From: Pseudomonadota bacterium
Lineage (GTDB): Bacteria; Pseudomonadota; Gammaproteobacteria; Xanthomonadales; Rhodanobacteraceae
Assembly (NCBI GenBank): GCA_029561145.1
Contig: JAKQJM010000115.1
Location: forward strand, 2,162 to 66,161
Direction: 5' to 3'
Length of the DNA stretch: 64,000 bases
Shown here: one piece after another, positions 47,547 through 57,799 of the stretch
Layout of the letters: every line of letters begins with the position of its first letter
Position numbering within the stretch: position 1 is the first letter of the stretch
The notes under the pieces: model-generated
The model's database searches: none
The model's input: the letters and a program-made list of their open reading frames with translations, nothing else
Told to the model about the DNA's origin: nothing
Translations under genes and position numbers: made by a program

Positions 47547-50500
47547 TCAGCGCATGTCGGCAGGTGCCTTGACCGGATCGGCCGGGCGCGGTGGCAGGCT
47601 GATCGGCGCGGCGGTGATCTGCGCCTTGATCTCGGCGATGGCGCGATCGAGCTGCATGTCGCGCCCGGCCAACTCGGAGGCGACATCATTCTCGACGACG
47701 ATGTCGGGGTCGACGCCGTGGCCTTCGATGATCCACTGGCCATGGACATCCGCGCTGGCAAACTGTGGAACATTGACGGTTCCGCCGTCGATCAGCGGAC
47801 CCCAGTCGTTGATGCCGACGACACCGCCCCAGGTTCGGGTGCCAATCAACGGGCCGAGTCTGGCCTGCTTGAACATGTAGGAGAAGATGTCGCCGTCGGA
47901 AGCGGTCGTGCCATTGCACAGCGCGGCCAGGTGTCCGACATAGGTCTGCTGCGGATAGGTGCCGGTTATCTCGGCGCCGCGGCCATAGTCGAGGCCGAGC
48001 AATTTGCGCGACAGGCGCTCGATGATCATCGCCGAGACATTGCCGCCGCCGTTGTCGCGTACATCGATGACGAGCCCCTGTTTGCGCAGCTGCGGGTAGA
48101 ACCACTTGATGAATTCGCGGATGCCGTCACCGCCCATGTCGGGAATGTGCAGGTAACCGATCTCGCCCTTGCTGGCCTCGGCCACATAGTCGCGATTGCG
48201 GCTCGTCCATGCGTAGTAGTTGAGATCGGCTTCGCTGTCGATCGGATTGACCAGCACCGTGCGCGCGCCTTCGATGGTCGCGCGGGAATTTACCGTCAGC
48301 TGGATGAGCTGGCCTTTCGGCGAACGCAGCAGGCGATACGGATTGTCGTCGCCGTTCAACGATTGGCCATTGATCGCGAGCACAAAGTCGCCTTGCTTCA
48401 CGTTGATGCCGACTTCGGTCAGTGGCGAGCGATAGCGCTCCTCGTCGTTCTCGCCAGCAAGGATCTTCGCAATGCGATAGCGGTTCGCGCTAGCGTCGAG
48501 CTCGAAGCGTGCGCCGAGCAGTGAGACGTGCGGTCGATCGGGCATGCCGAGATCGCCACCGCTGACATAGGCGTGCGAGCTCGACAGCTCGGCGACCATT
48601 TGGCCGATCAGGTAGTTGAGGTCGCTGCGATCGCCGACATCGGCGAGCTGCGGTTCGTACTTCGCGCGTAGCGCCTGCCAGTCGTAGCCGTGCATGTTCT
48701 GCACGTAGTAGTGATCGCGGAAACGACGCCAGACTTCGCGGAAGATCTCGGCATACTCGGCCTTCGGATCAACCTGCGCATAGAGGCCGTCGAGCTTGAT
48801 TTCCCTGGCTTCGACCTTCGCTTCGCCGAGATCGACGCGCTTGTAGGCGTCCTCGCTTTTCACGATCAGCGTGGAACCATCCCGCGACAGGGCGAGATCA
48901 TCGACGCCTTCGAGCACGTCCTTGCTTTCGCGATCCTCGAATGACCAGGCCTTCACGCGCGCCTTCGTCGCGCTGTCGCGACCATAATAGAAGCCATCGC
49001 TGACCACGTAGAGCAGCGATTTCCCGGTCGCCGCGATCCATTGCACGTTGTCGGGCTCGACCGGCACGCGCACGAGGCGATCGGCAAGGCCGTCGAACTC
49101 GATGCGATCGTCGGGTTTCGTCGGCGCCGGGTTCTTGCCCTTTGCCTTCGTTTCGTCGTCCTTGTCGGATTTGTCGTCGCCCTTCGTCGCGCTGTCATTG
49201 CGCGGAGAGAAAGGATTTTCGACATCGCGGCGCAGGGTCAGGGCAAAGATCCCGCCGCTGCGGTTGCTGGCGAAGTTCCATTCGATGCCGGAGATCTGCG
49301 GTGCCCATTCGCGATCGCCGATGAAGTACAGGATCTTCCCGTCCGGCGAGAATGCGGGGTTGTACGCGTTGACGCGGGCATCCCCGATCGGATGGTTGGC
49401 CCGGGCCGCGACATCGTAGACGTGCAGTCGCGGCAGTTGGGTACCGGTGTCGGTCAACGTATAGGCGAGATAGTGGCTGCCGGGCGACCAGGCGTAGTCG
49501 CGCCGTGAAAACCCCGGGTCATCGGCAACCAGCACGCTGGCGCCGCCATTGGCAGGAACCACATGCAGGCGACTTTCGTTGTCGATGAAGGCGATGCGCG
49601 AGCCATCCGGAGCCCAGCGCGGCGCATACAGGCGCCCGAGCTTTTCCGTGCTCAGCTGGCGCGGATCGCTGCCGTCGGCATTGCGTGCCCAGATGGCCTC
49701 TTCGCCGCTTTCGTCCGACACATAGGCGATACGCTTGCCATCGGCCGACCAGGACGCCTCGCGTTCGTGTGCGCCAGGTGTGTGGGTCAGGTCCAGCGTG
49801 ATGCCGTGCTCGAGCGGCACGTTGAATACCTCGCCGCGTGCGACGAACGCCGCGCGCTTGCCGTTCGGGCTCAGCGAGAAGTCCTCGATGTACTTCGCGA
49901 CGCTGCGCGTGCTGGCGCGCGAACGCACCAGGTCGCTTGGCACGTTGATCTCGAGTTGCCTGTCCTGCCTGGCCGAAGTGTCGTACAGATGGAGCAATCC
50001 ATCGACTTCGAACACGATCTGGTGCTTGCCGTCGCCGCTGGCCCAGCGCGCGTCCTTGCCCTTGTAGTCGGTCAATTGCGTGGTATCGCCACTTGCGGTG
50101 TCGTAGCGGTAGAGATTCAGGTGCTCGCCGCGATCGGCCAGGAAGTAGATCGCATCGCCCATCCACATCGGATCGCGATCGGTGTTGACATCGTTGGTGA
50201 TGTTCTTCGCCGATTTCCCGGCGATGTCGTAGATATAGAGATCCTGCGCCCAGCCGCCTACATAGCGATTCCAGGTGCGGTAGTCGCGGAACTTCGGCGA
50301 GTAGACGATCTGTTGCCCATTCGGGGAATAGTCGCCACTGCCGGCGGTCGGCATCGGCAAGGCCGTCGCCAGCCCGCCCGCCGTCGAGACGCTGAACAAT
50401 TGCGGATTGGATATGCCGACCGCATAGCGGATCGATCGGAAGATCACCGCCTTGCCATCCGGACTCCAGCCGTAGACCTGGCTGTCGATGCCCCAGCGCT

Positions 50501-50846
50501 GGGGCAGCGGACCGGGTGTCGGATACCAGGTCAACTGACGCGGCTCGCCACCGCTGGCGGGAATCACGAAAACCTGGTCGTCGCCACTGTACTGGCCGGT
50601 AAACGCGATCTGGCTGCAGTCGGGGGAAAAGCGGGCGGCCTGCTCGACGCCCGGACCCGCGGTAACGCGGATGGCCGTTCCCCCGTTCGTACCGACCGTC
50701 CACAGGTCCCCTGCATAGGTGAACGCGATGCGATCGCCGCAGACATCCGGGAAGCGCAGCAGGCGCGTCACCGCGTCTGCAGACGACGGCAGCGCGGCCA
50801 TGAGAAAAGAAAGGGAAAACAGCGACAGCATGATTCGATCACGCAT
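47547..50846 (-). CDS. Tricorn-like S41 protease with signal peptide
   Basis: LLRFPD, PD40/propeller repeats, PDZ, GYLHIPDM, DVRDNGGG, TASDGD, GTRTWGG. Confidence 0.93.
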   Translation of the reverse strand: MRDRIMLSLFSLSFLMAALPSSADAVTRLLRFPDVCGDRIAFTYAGDLWTVGTNGGTAIRVTAGPGVEQAARFSPDCSQIAFTGQYSGDDQVFVIPASGGEPRQLTWYPTPGPLPQRWGIDSQVYGWSPDGKAVIFRSIRYAVGISNPQLFSVSTAGGLATALPMPTAGSGDYSPNGQQIVYSPKFRDYRTWNRYVGGWAQDLYIYDIAGKSAKNITNDVNTDRDPMWMGDAIYFLADRGEHLNLYRYDTASGDTTQLTDYKGKDARWASGDGKHQIVFEVDGLLHLYDTSARQDRQLEINVPSDLVRSRASTRSVAKYIEDFSLSPNGKRAAFVARGEVFNVPLEHGITLDLTHTPGAHEREASWSADGKRIAYVSDESGEEAIWARNADGSDPRQLSTEKLGRLYAPRWAPDGSRIAFIDNESRLHVVPANGGASVLVADDPGFSRRDYAWSPGSHYLAYTLTDTGTQLPRLHVYDVAARANHPIGDARVNAYNPAFSPDGKILYFIGDREWAPQISGIEWNFASNRSGGIFALTLRRDVENPFSPRNDSATKGDDKSDKDDETKAKGKNPAPTKPDDRIEFDGLADRLVRVPVEPDNVQWIAATGKSLLYVVSDGFYYGRDSATKARVKAWSFEDRESKDVLEGVDDLALSRDGSTLIVKSEDAYKRVDLGEAKVEAREIKLDGLYAQVDPKAEYAEIFREVWRRFRDHYYVQNMHGYDWQALRAKYEPQLADVGDRSDLNYLIGQMVAELSSSHAYVSGGDLGMPDRPHVSLLGARFELDASANRYRIAKILAGENDEERYRSPLTEVGINVKQGDFVLAINGQSLNGDDNPYRLLRSPKGQLIQLTVNSRATIEGARTVLVNPIDSEADLNYYAWTSRNRDYVAEASKGEIGYLHIPDMGGDGIREFIKWFYPQLRKQGLVIDVRDNGGGNVSAMIIERLSRKLLGLDYGRGAEITGTYPQQTYVGHLAALCNGTTASDGDIFSYMFKQARLGPLIGTRTWGGVVGINDWGPLIDGGTVNVPQFASADVHGQWIIEGHGVDPDIVVENDVASELAGRDMQLDRAIAEIKAQITAAPISLPPRPADPVKAPADMR

Positions 50847-50951
50847 GCGGCGACTCCAGCGGTTTCGGGCGATGCAGATTGATAGTCCAGCGGCTGCCAG
50901 GATGCCAGCGCCACAAGTCACGTCGGCACGCTGCGCTGCGGCGTGGACGGA

Positions 50952-51530
50952 TCATCGCGGTCGCCAGCACCAATGCCACGGTTCGTAGGCGATCCCGTGC
51001 CGGTTGCCGCGCGGGTATGACAGGGAAAATCCGAAGCGTGAAGCGTCGCGCTGCAGCCAATCGAAGGCCGTCGATCGCTCGAACTCTTCCTCGAGTGCGG
51101 CGAAGCCCGGTGTCGTGATATCGACGACACGTCCGGAATGATGTTCGCTGTAGCCCGGTGCGGCACTGACGCGAAGGATCTCGTCGATCGACTGGCCGCG
51201 CTCGAGCTTGCGTTCGAGGATGAGCAGTTGATGTGAAGCCGAGCGGAATGCCGAGACGATGTCGAGTACGACGCCCTCGCGCGCAGCCGCTTGTTGCATG
51301 CGCGCCCACGCTCGCGCGGCAGGCGGAGCCAGCCATTGTTCGCGACCATGGATATCGATGCCGATGCAGGTCAGTACGCGTGGCTCGCGAACCGCGCGCA
51401 AGCGGTATCGTGTTGCGTAGTCGCGCGGAACACCGAGTACGCGGGATGCCGCGATCACGCGCTGGCGCTGTGTCGTGTCGCAACGCATCGGGGGCTGGAG
51501 TGTTTTCACGGCAGTCCAGTATCCGGGCAT
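50952..51530 (-). CDS. M15 (VanY-like) D-Ala-D-Ala carboxypeptidase
   Basis: SAFRS, APGYSEHHSG..VD, YEPWHW; start uncertain. Confidence 0.85.
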   Translation of the reverse strand: MPGYWTAVKTLQPPMRCDTTQRQRVIAASRVLGVPRDYATRYRLRAVREPRVLTCIGIDIHGREQWLAPPAARAWARMQQAAAREGVVLDIVSAFRSASHQLLILERKLERGQSIDEILRVSAAPGYSEHHSGRVVDITTPGFAALEEEFERSTAFDWLQRDASRFGFSLSYPRGNRHGIAYEPWHWCWRPR

Positions 51531-51567
51531 GCACGCCGTCCGTTCAAGCGCAGGCGACCTCTCGCCA

Positions 51568-51589
51568 GCCGATCGGTCGACCGATCGGC
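51568..51589. other. Perfect 22-bp palindrome
   Basis: GCCGATCGGTCGACCGATCGGC equals its own reverse complement. Confidence 0.9.
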
Positions 51590-51643
51590 GCCCACGCCAC
51601 CGGCTGCTTGTTGCGCAGTCGTTCCCGCCTCGACGGTACGGCG

Positions 51644-53023
51644 CTAGTCGGCATGAGCCGGACGTGCCTTGACCCAAGCGGCGATATCATCGAGCACCTT
51701 GCTGTCCACATGGCCAGGCAATTCGTAATCCTTTGGCCCGGGCGGATCGCTGCCGGGCATGAAGGCATGGCCCAGCATCGGATACTCGATCAGTTCGAAA
51801 CGCGGATCGGTGGCGAAGGCCGAACGCCATTTGCTGAACTCGTCGGCAGGAGTGACCTGATAGTCGCGGCTGCCTTGCAGCAGGAGCATCGGCTGCAGGA
51901 TCGCGCGGGCCGTGGCGATCGGGTCGTAGGCGTTGAGGTCGCGCCAATAGCTGGCCGGCAGGCCGAGCAGCATCGACACAGGGTCGACGCCGCCGGCGGT
52001 CAGGTGTTTGACCGCCTGGCGCTGCGGTTCGAGAGCGGCCAGTGCCTGCTCGATTTCCGCATCGGACTGGCCTTGGAGCCTGGCGAGGTAGCGGGTCTGG
52101 CGAACGACGATATCCTCGAGCTTGCTCGCGGGAGGGGCGAGCAGGATCAAGCCCGCGATGGCGGGATCACGCTGCCCGATTCGCGGCGCCATCATTGCAC
52201 CGAGGCTGTGTCCGGCGACATGGATGCGGCGTGGATCGATGTCAGCCTGCGTGCGCAGGAATGCCGCTGCAGCCAATGCGTCATCAACTGTTTCGTCATC
52301 GACGGTGAAGCCCGCGTGGGCGAACATGTCCGGGCGCGCCATCGTGCGCTTCTCGTAGCGCAATACGGCGAGTCCGCGCGTGGCGAGTCCATCGGCAAGA
52401 TCGAGAAACGGCTTGTTCGGCCCGATCGTTTCATCACGATCGTGCGGGCCCGAACCATGCACGAGGATCACCGCAGCGAACGGGCCCTGGCCTTCCGGCA
52501 GGGTCAGCAGGCCGGGCAGCGGAACGCCGGTTGCGCCGATCGTCACCTCGCGTTCGCGATGGCGCGTGATGCTTGCGTCGGCAGGTGATGCCGGCAGTGC
52601 GGAAGCCGGCACGATCCAGAAGCCGGATATCTTCTGCGTCGCATCGAATACCACGCGCGCATCGAGTGCGAGCGTGGCGAATTGCAGGTGCGAGCTGGCG
52701 ACCAGCTTGCCGTCGATCATCTCGCTGCGCGGCGGCGCTCTCGATCGGCGGTTGCCGAATGTTGCCGAGACGCCCTCCCAGGCTTGCTGCAGCTTGCCCC
52801 CGGCCAGGCCTTCGCGAAGCTCCGGAGTGGCCATGACCAAGGCGTCCTCGTACTTTCCTTCGTCGAGCAGATCGAGGAAGCGGGTCGCCATCTGTATTCG
52901 CGCGGGACCGGGCGTTGCCGTCCCGGCGGATTGCGGCAACCATTGCTGTCCAGGCATCCAGATGCCCACTCCGACGAGGAACACGAGCAGGAGCGCGAGC
53001 GGGACAAACCACCATCGTCTCAT
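51644..53023 (-). CDS. Alpha/beta hydrolase with N-terminal anchor and DUF3887-like domain
   Basis: HGSGPHDRDET, GHSLG nucleophile, QGSRDYQV, LGHAF. Confidence 0.88.
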   Translation of the reverse strand: MRRWWFVPLALLLVFLVGVGIWMPGQQWLPQSAGTATPGPARIQMATRFLDLLDEGKYEDALVMATPELREGLAGGKLQQAWEGVSATFGNRRSRAPPRSEMIDGKLVASSHLQFATLALDARVVFDATQKISGFWIVPASALPASPADASITRHREREVTIGATGVPLPGLLTLPEGQGPFAAVILVHGSGPHDRDETIGPNKPFLDLADGLATRGLAVLRYEKRTMARPDMFAHAGFTVDDETVDDALAAAAFLRTQADIDPRRIHVAGHSLGAMMAPRIGQRDPAIAGLILLAPPASKLEDIVVRQTRYLARLQGQSDAEIEQALAALEPQRQAVKHLTAGGVDPVSMLLGLPASYWRDLNAYDPIATARAILQPMLLLQGSRDYQVTPADEFSKWRSAFATDPRFELIEYPMLGHAFMPGSDPPGPKDYELPGHVDSKVLDDIAAWVKARPAHAD

Positions 53024-53138
53024 CCGGGACAATCCCTGATTCGTCGTTGTTTCGTCGCCGCCACGAAACCGCGGATCCGGATTTGCACGAAAGCCGCTGC
53101 GGCTTCGGGATCGTTGGCGAAAGGGTGTCGCAGACGGG

Positions 53139-53321
53139 TCAGCACTTCTTCTTGAGAAACAGCAGGATCGGTCGCATTGGCCCGACATTGAGTGTGCTGA
53201 CGAGTTCCCATCCCATCAATCCTTCACGCGTCAGGACCTCGTTGATGTTCTCGATATCGAAGCTGCCGAGGAAGGACGGCCTGACCTCGATTGTCTGGTA
53301 GCTCCAGGTTTGTTCGTTCAT
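53139..53321 (-). CDS. DUF4177-family small protein
   Basis: WSYQTIE...LTREGLMGWELVS...LFLKK. Confidence 0.8.
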   Translation of the reverse strand: MNEQTWSYQTIEVRPSFLGSFDIENINEVLTREGLMGWELVSTLNVGPMRPILLFLKKKC

Positions 53322-53378
53322 CAGGCTACTCCTGCTGGAATCATTGTTGGTGGTCGTCGGCAATCGCTTGCGCGTGAT

Positions 53379-54314
53379 TCAATGCGCAGCAGGCTCCTGG
53401 TCCGCCGGATCGAGCCTCAACAGCGGCGCGGGCAGGCGCTCGCCGCTGATGTGGATCGAACGGCCGAGCCGGTCGAAAGCGATCGCTTCGGCCTGCGCCA
53501 GTGGCGGCAAGGCCAGGCGTTGCGGCGTTCGCGAGAACGCGGTCTGCCAGGTTTCGCCAGGCGCGCGCGGAAACAGCCAGGCGTCGCGATAGGTCAGGAC
53601 GATCGCCCGTCGACCCTCGGCGTCGATGTCCATGCCGGTTGGCGAGCCGCCGAAGCGTGCGGCGGGAAATCGCGCGAGCCGCTCGCTGGGCGCTGGCTGC
53701 GGGATCGAATCGATCGATGCGAGCCGGCGCGCGACGCGGCTTGTCGCCGTGCTGCCGACGCTGTCGAGCGGCAGGCTGTAGAGAGCGAGCGGTGCATGCT
53801 TGTTGATCAGCAGGATCTCGCGCGAGCGTACGTCGATCGCCATGGCCTCGGCGTCGTGCGAACCGTCCGGATAGCGGAAGCGCTGGCGCCAGGCCGGCTT
53901 CACCGAAAGCATTGGCGGCTCGGCGCTCAGGTCGGGTTCCTCGACGGCGATCAATTCATAATCCTTGCGCACTCCGCCGTTGTCGCCGATGTCGCCGATC
54001 AGCAGCCACGACTTTCCATCGAGCTGATAGCTCGCGATGTCTTCCCAGTCGACCGCGCGCACACCTTCGATGCGCAGACAGGCGCGGCGGTTTCCGCGCG
54101 TGTCGATCGCGCAAAGTTCGGCCGGTTTCGGTGAATCGTTGTGTACCCAGAGGATTCCGTCGTTGCGTCGCGAGGCCGCGATCCCGCTGATTTCGTCGAG
54201 GCGAGCATCGGTGATCAGGGCTTCGAGCTGTGCCGGCGCGAACGCTGCAGCCGGCAGGTCCGCAGCCGGCGTGGCGCCGCTGCCGAGCGCGGCCAGCAGC
54301 AGGATTGTCCTCAT
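53379..54314 (-). CDS. Secreted beta-propeller-like protein with acidic blade motifs
   Basis: Signal peptide; EISGIAAS, WVHNDS, DWEDIA, GDIGDN, DAEAM, TGMDI, QAEAI. Confidence 0.75.
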   Translation of the reverse strand: MRTILLLAALGSGATPAADLPAAAFAPAQLEALITDARLDEISGIAASRRNDGILWVHNDSPKPAELCAIDTRGNRRACLRIEGVRAVDWEDIASYQLDGKSWLLIGDIGDNGGVRKDYELIAVEEPDLSAEPPMLSVKPAWRQRFRYPDGSHDAEAMAIDVRSREILLINKHAPLALYSLPLDSVGSTATSRVARRLASIDSIPQPAPSERLARFPAARFGGSPTGMDIDAEGRRAIVLTYRDAWLFPRAPGETWQTAFSRTPQRLALPPLAQAEAIAFDRLGRSIHISGERLPAPLLRLDPADQEPAAH

Positions 54315-55750
54315 TGCAGGCTCGCCGGGCCAAGTGCCTCGACCTGCTTGAGCCGCGTGCGGCCGAGCAGGTCGAGGCCCTGGTAGAAGCGCCATGGATC
54401 GCCATCACCGCTCGAAAAGGCAATGTGGCCCGCATCGAAGCCGGTCAGGGCCGCGTCGAAACTCTGCCAGCGATCATTGATCCAGGCCTGCATCCATGCA
54501 TGGGGCACGAACACGTGCTCGACGCCATCGAAGCGCGGCGTATAGACGAGTCCGTCGACCACACGCGTGGCGATGCCTAGCGAGCGACCCATTGCCGCGA
54601 GCAGGACCGCATGCTCGGTGCAGTCGCCCTCGGGCTTGCGTACCACCTGCAATGCCGAGGCGTAGCCGACGCCCAGTGTCTTGTTGCTGATGAACGTGCG
54701 CACGAAGCTCTCGAGCGCCTGCATGCGCTCGAAATCGTCGTCGATGCCGGTCGTCGCCTTCGCTGCCAGGGCGACCAGATCGGGCGCGGTACTCTGCAGC
54801 CAGTCGTTCGGCATCGTGTCCGCGGGTAGCGGCGTCCCGCCGACCCCGGCACGCGCGTCACGATGGACCTCGACGATGAGATCCTCGCCGCTGCGGCGAA
54901 CGCTCTGTTCGGAAGTATCCGGGATGTTCATCGGCGCGTCGTGGTTGCGCGGGCTGATCGTGTAGCGCAAGGTCGTCGACAGTTCGCTGTTCCCTAGCGC
55001 GCGCGGCGATGGCATCAGCGTGCGCTCGAAGACATCGGAGCGCTGGTTCGGCGCGTTCGCACAGGCCTTGTCGCAGGCAAGCAGGGTCAGTTCGACGCCG
55101 ATTGCCGGCATCGTCAGCTTGTACACGTCGCGTTCCTCGTCGATCCATGCGGTATTGAGGACCGGAGCGCCGGCGAAATCGAAGACCTGTTCGACGCGGA
55201 CCAGTGATTTCGTTCCGCCCGGCAGCTCGATCCGCTCGCGCGCGCCGATCGTCGTGGCGACATCGATCGCGGCGAGGCTCGACGGCTGGAACGACAGCTC
55301 GCGGTGTTCGCCACCCTCGGTCAGCGGCGTGCGCAGGCTGGCCAGTCGCAGTCCCTCGGCAAGCAGGGCTCCCTCGGGCCACGCGAGTTCACGCTGCTCG
55401 GTCGCGCCGCCGTTGCTGATGCTCACTTTCAACCGATCGCCGTCAACCCTGCCTTCGATGCGCGTCTCGTTGCTGCTGAGTTTCGCAACCGAAGTGAAGG
55501 CCAGGGGTTTGCCCGCGCGCGTCTCCTCGCTCGACTCGCTGCTGCCCATCGTGATGCGCGTGCCGGCGCGATCGAATTCGATGTCGAGGCGTTGCCGGGT
55601 GGTCACGGTGTCGCCACGCACCCGGCGTTCACTTTCAAAGCTGCCGATCTTGCGTCCATCGAGCAGGACGCTGTACCACTGGTGTCCGGATGGCCGCGCC
55701 AAAGCCAGCATCGGAACGAGCATCAACAGGAAAAGCGGAATCCGGCGCAT
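54311..55750 (-). CDS. Secreted transglutaminase-like (Cys-His-Asp) protein
   Basis: Signal peptide; [24 protein letters not shown]. Confidence 0.88.
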   Translation of the reverse strand: MRRIPLFLLMLVPMLALARPSGHQWYSVLLDGRKIGSFESERRVRGDTVTTRQRLDIEFDRAGTRITMGSSESSEETRAGKPLAFTSVAKLSSNETRIEGRVDGDRLKVSISNGGATEQRELAWPEGALLAEGLRLASLRTPLTEGGEHRELSFQPSSLAAIDVATTIGARERIELPGGTKSLVRVEQVFDFAGAPVLNTAWIDEERDVYKLTMPAIGVELTLLACDKACANAPNQRSDVFERTLMPSPRALGNSELSTTLRYTISPRNHDAPMNIPDTSEQSVRRSGEDLIVEVHRDARAGVGGTPLPADTMPNDWLQSTAPDLVALAAKATTGIDDDFERMQALESFVRTFISNKTLGVGYASALQVVRKPEGDCTEHAVLLAAMGRSLGIATRVVDGLVYTPRFDGVEHVFVPHAWMQAWINDRWQSFDAALTGFDAGHIAFSSGDGDPWRFYQGLDLLGRTRLKQVEALGPASLQ

Positions 55751-55820
55751 GAATTGTCCCGTCCAGGAGATGGCCCATTGTGCCGCAGTCGATACAATGG
55801 CGTGTCACGAAAAGGTGTGG

Positions 55821-57008
55821 ATGATGAAAGCATTGGGTACACCGCATACCGGCGGCGCGATCCGCGCCATGTTGCTGGGGTCGGGCGAGTTGGGCAAGGA
55901 AGTGGCGATCGAGTTGCAGCGCTTCGCGATCGAAGTGATTGCCGTGGATCGCTATGCGAATGCGCCGGCGATGCAGGTTGCGCATCGCAGCCATGTCATC
56001 GACATGCTCGACGGCAGCGCATTGCGCCGGGTCATTGCCGCGGAGAAACCCGACCTGGTCATTCCCGAGATCGAGGCGATCGATACCTCGACCCTGGTTG
56101 CGCTCGAAGGCGAAGGACTGAACGTGGTCCCGACCGCTCGCGCGGCCTGGCTGACGATGAATCGCGAGGGAATCCGCCGGCTTGCCGCCGAAGAGCTCGG
56201 ATTGCCGACCTCGCCCTACCGGTTCGTCGCGAACGAAGCGGACTATCGCGCGGCCGTCGACGAGCTCGGTCTTCCATGCGTGATCAAGCCGGTGATGAGC
56301 TCATCCGGCAAGGGCCAGAGCACGATATTCTCGAACGATGATCTCGATGCGGCATGGAGCCATGCGCAATCGGGCGGTCGTGCCGGACAAGGTCGCTGCA
56401 TCGTCGAGGGATTCATCGCGTTCGACTACGAGATCACCCTGCTGACCGTGCGCCACGCCGGCGGCACGGATTTCTGTGCGCCGATCGGTCATCGCCAGGA
56501 AGCCGGCGACTATCGCGAATCCTGGCAGCCGCAGCCGATGAGCGCGAAGGCGCTTGCCGAGGCGGAGCGACAGGCGTTGGCGATCACCGGGGCACTCGGC
56601 GGACGTGGCGTCTTCGGCGTCGAATTCTTCGTGCGCGGCGACGATGTGATCTTTTCCGAGGTCAGTCCGCGGCCCCACGATACGGGACTGGTGACCCTGA
56701 TCTCGCAGGAGCTTTCGCAGTTTGCCCTGCATGCCCGCGCGATCCTCGGCTTGCCGATCCCGCTGATCCGGCAACTCGGCGCATCGGCTTCCTGTGCGGT
56801 GCTCGTCGAGGGCGACGGGTCAGACATCCGCTATGAGGGCGTCGCCGACGCGCTGGCCGAGGCGGACACGATGCTGCGCATTTTCGGCAAGCCCGAGGTT
56901 CGTGGACATCGGCGCATGGCTGTGACCCTGGCGCGCGCGGAGTCGATCGAGCTGGCGCGCAGCAAGGCTGTCGCGGCGGCCGGATGCCTGAGGATCACGG
57001 TGAGCTGA
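55821..57008 (+). CDS. purT: Formate-dependent GAR transformylase
   Basis: [40 protein letters not shown]. Confidence 0.97.
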   Translation: MMKALGTPHTGGAIRAMLLGSGELGKEVAIELQRFAIEVIAVDRYANAPAMQVAHRSHVIDMLDGSALRRVIAAEKPDLVIPEIEAIDTSTLVALEGEGLNVVPTARAAWLTMNREGIRRLAAEELGLPTSPYRFVANEADYRAAVDELGLPCVIKPVMSSSGKGQSTIFSNDDLDAAWSHAQSGGRAGQGRCIVEGFIAFDYEITLLTVRHAGGTDFCAPIGHRQEAGDYRESWQPQPMSAKALAEAERQALAITGALGGRGVFGVEFFVRGDDVIFSEVSPRPHDTGLVTLISQELSQFALHARAILGLPIPLIRQLGASASCAVLVEGDGSDIRYEGVADALAEADTMLRIFGKPEVRGHRRMAVTLARAESIELARSKAVAAAGCLRITVS

Positions 57009-57019
57009 TCAGCTCACCG
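56998..57019. other. Perfect 22-bp palindrome formed by the abutting 3' ends of two convergent genes
   Basis: CGGTGAGCTGATCAGCTCACCG; both genes end GTG AGC TGA. Confidence 0.9.
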
Positions 57020-57731
57020 GGCGCGGCTCGATCTGCCATTGCCCATTGCGCAGGGTCTCGATCGGCTGGAAGTGGATCTTGTAGTCCATCTTCGGATGCC
57101 CGGCGATCCAGAAGCCGAGATAGACATGATCGAGTCCGTTCTCGCGGGCCAGTTCGATCTGGCGCAGGATCGCGAATGTGCCGAGCCCGCGGCCAGCTTC
57201 ATCGGGGTCGTAGCAGGTGTAGACCGCCGACAATCCGGATGTGCAGAAGTCGGTCACTGCGATGGCAATGAGGCGTCCGTCCTTGCGCAACTCGACGAAG
57301 CGTGTCGGACTCCATGACGTGTAGAGGAACCGCGAGAAGTCATCAGGTCGCGCATCGTCCATGCCGCCATCCGGATGACGCCATTGCAGGTAGCGTTGAT
57401 AGAGCGCAAAGCGCTCCGCGCTGTAGCGCGCGGGGAGGATCCGTACCTCGAGGTCCGCGTTGCGCTTCAGGCAGCGTCGCTGGGCGCGATCCGGCGTGAA
57501 GGTCGCGACCGGAATGCGGCAGGCCACGCAGGCCCGGCAGCCGATGCAATGCGGGACATAGACATGCTCGCCGGCCCGGCGATAACCGCGCAGCAGGCCG
57601 AACTCGTAGAGATCCGCCAGTTGCGGCGAACTGGGATCGATCACGAGGTTCTGTGAAGTGCGCTCGCTGAAGTAGCCGCAGGCATGCGGCAAGGTCTGGA
57701 AAAGACGGACGACATCGGAGCGCATGGCCAT
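57009..57731 (-). CDS. ATE1/Bpt-like aminoacyl-tRNA-protein transferase (N-degron pathway)
   Basis: HACGY, GYRRAG..YVPHC..C.AC, LSAVY..YDP, SLG-type GLGTFAIL, YLGFWI....KMDYK. Confidence 0.9.
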   Translation of the reverse strand: MAMRSDVVRLFQTLPHACGYFSERTSQNLVIDPSSPQLADLYEFGLLRGYRRAGEHVYVPHCIGCRACVACRIPVATFTPDRAQRRCLKRNADLEVRILPARYSAERFALYQRYLQWRHPDGGMDDARPDDFSRFLYTSWSPTRFVELRKDGRLIAIAVTDFCTSGLSAVYTCYDPDEAGRGLGTFAILRQIELARENGLDHVYLGFWIAGHPKMDYKIHFQPIETLRNGQWQIEPRPVS

Positions 57732-57799
57732 ATTGTGCAACAGCGCCGGCCCGCCAAAACATCGCGGGCTGCACAGAAAACGATTCTTGACGATCCGGG

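Noticed and set aside
51531-51677. Frameshifted N-terminal extension of the M15 peptidase
   Set aside because: All three minus-strand frames were read and none gave recognisable homology; only the start position is uncertain
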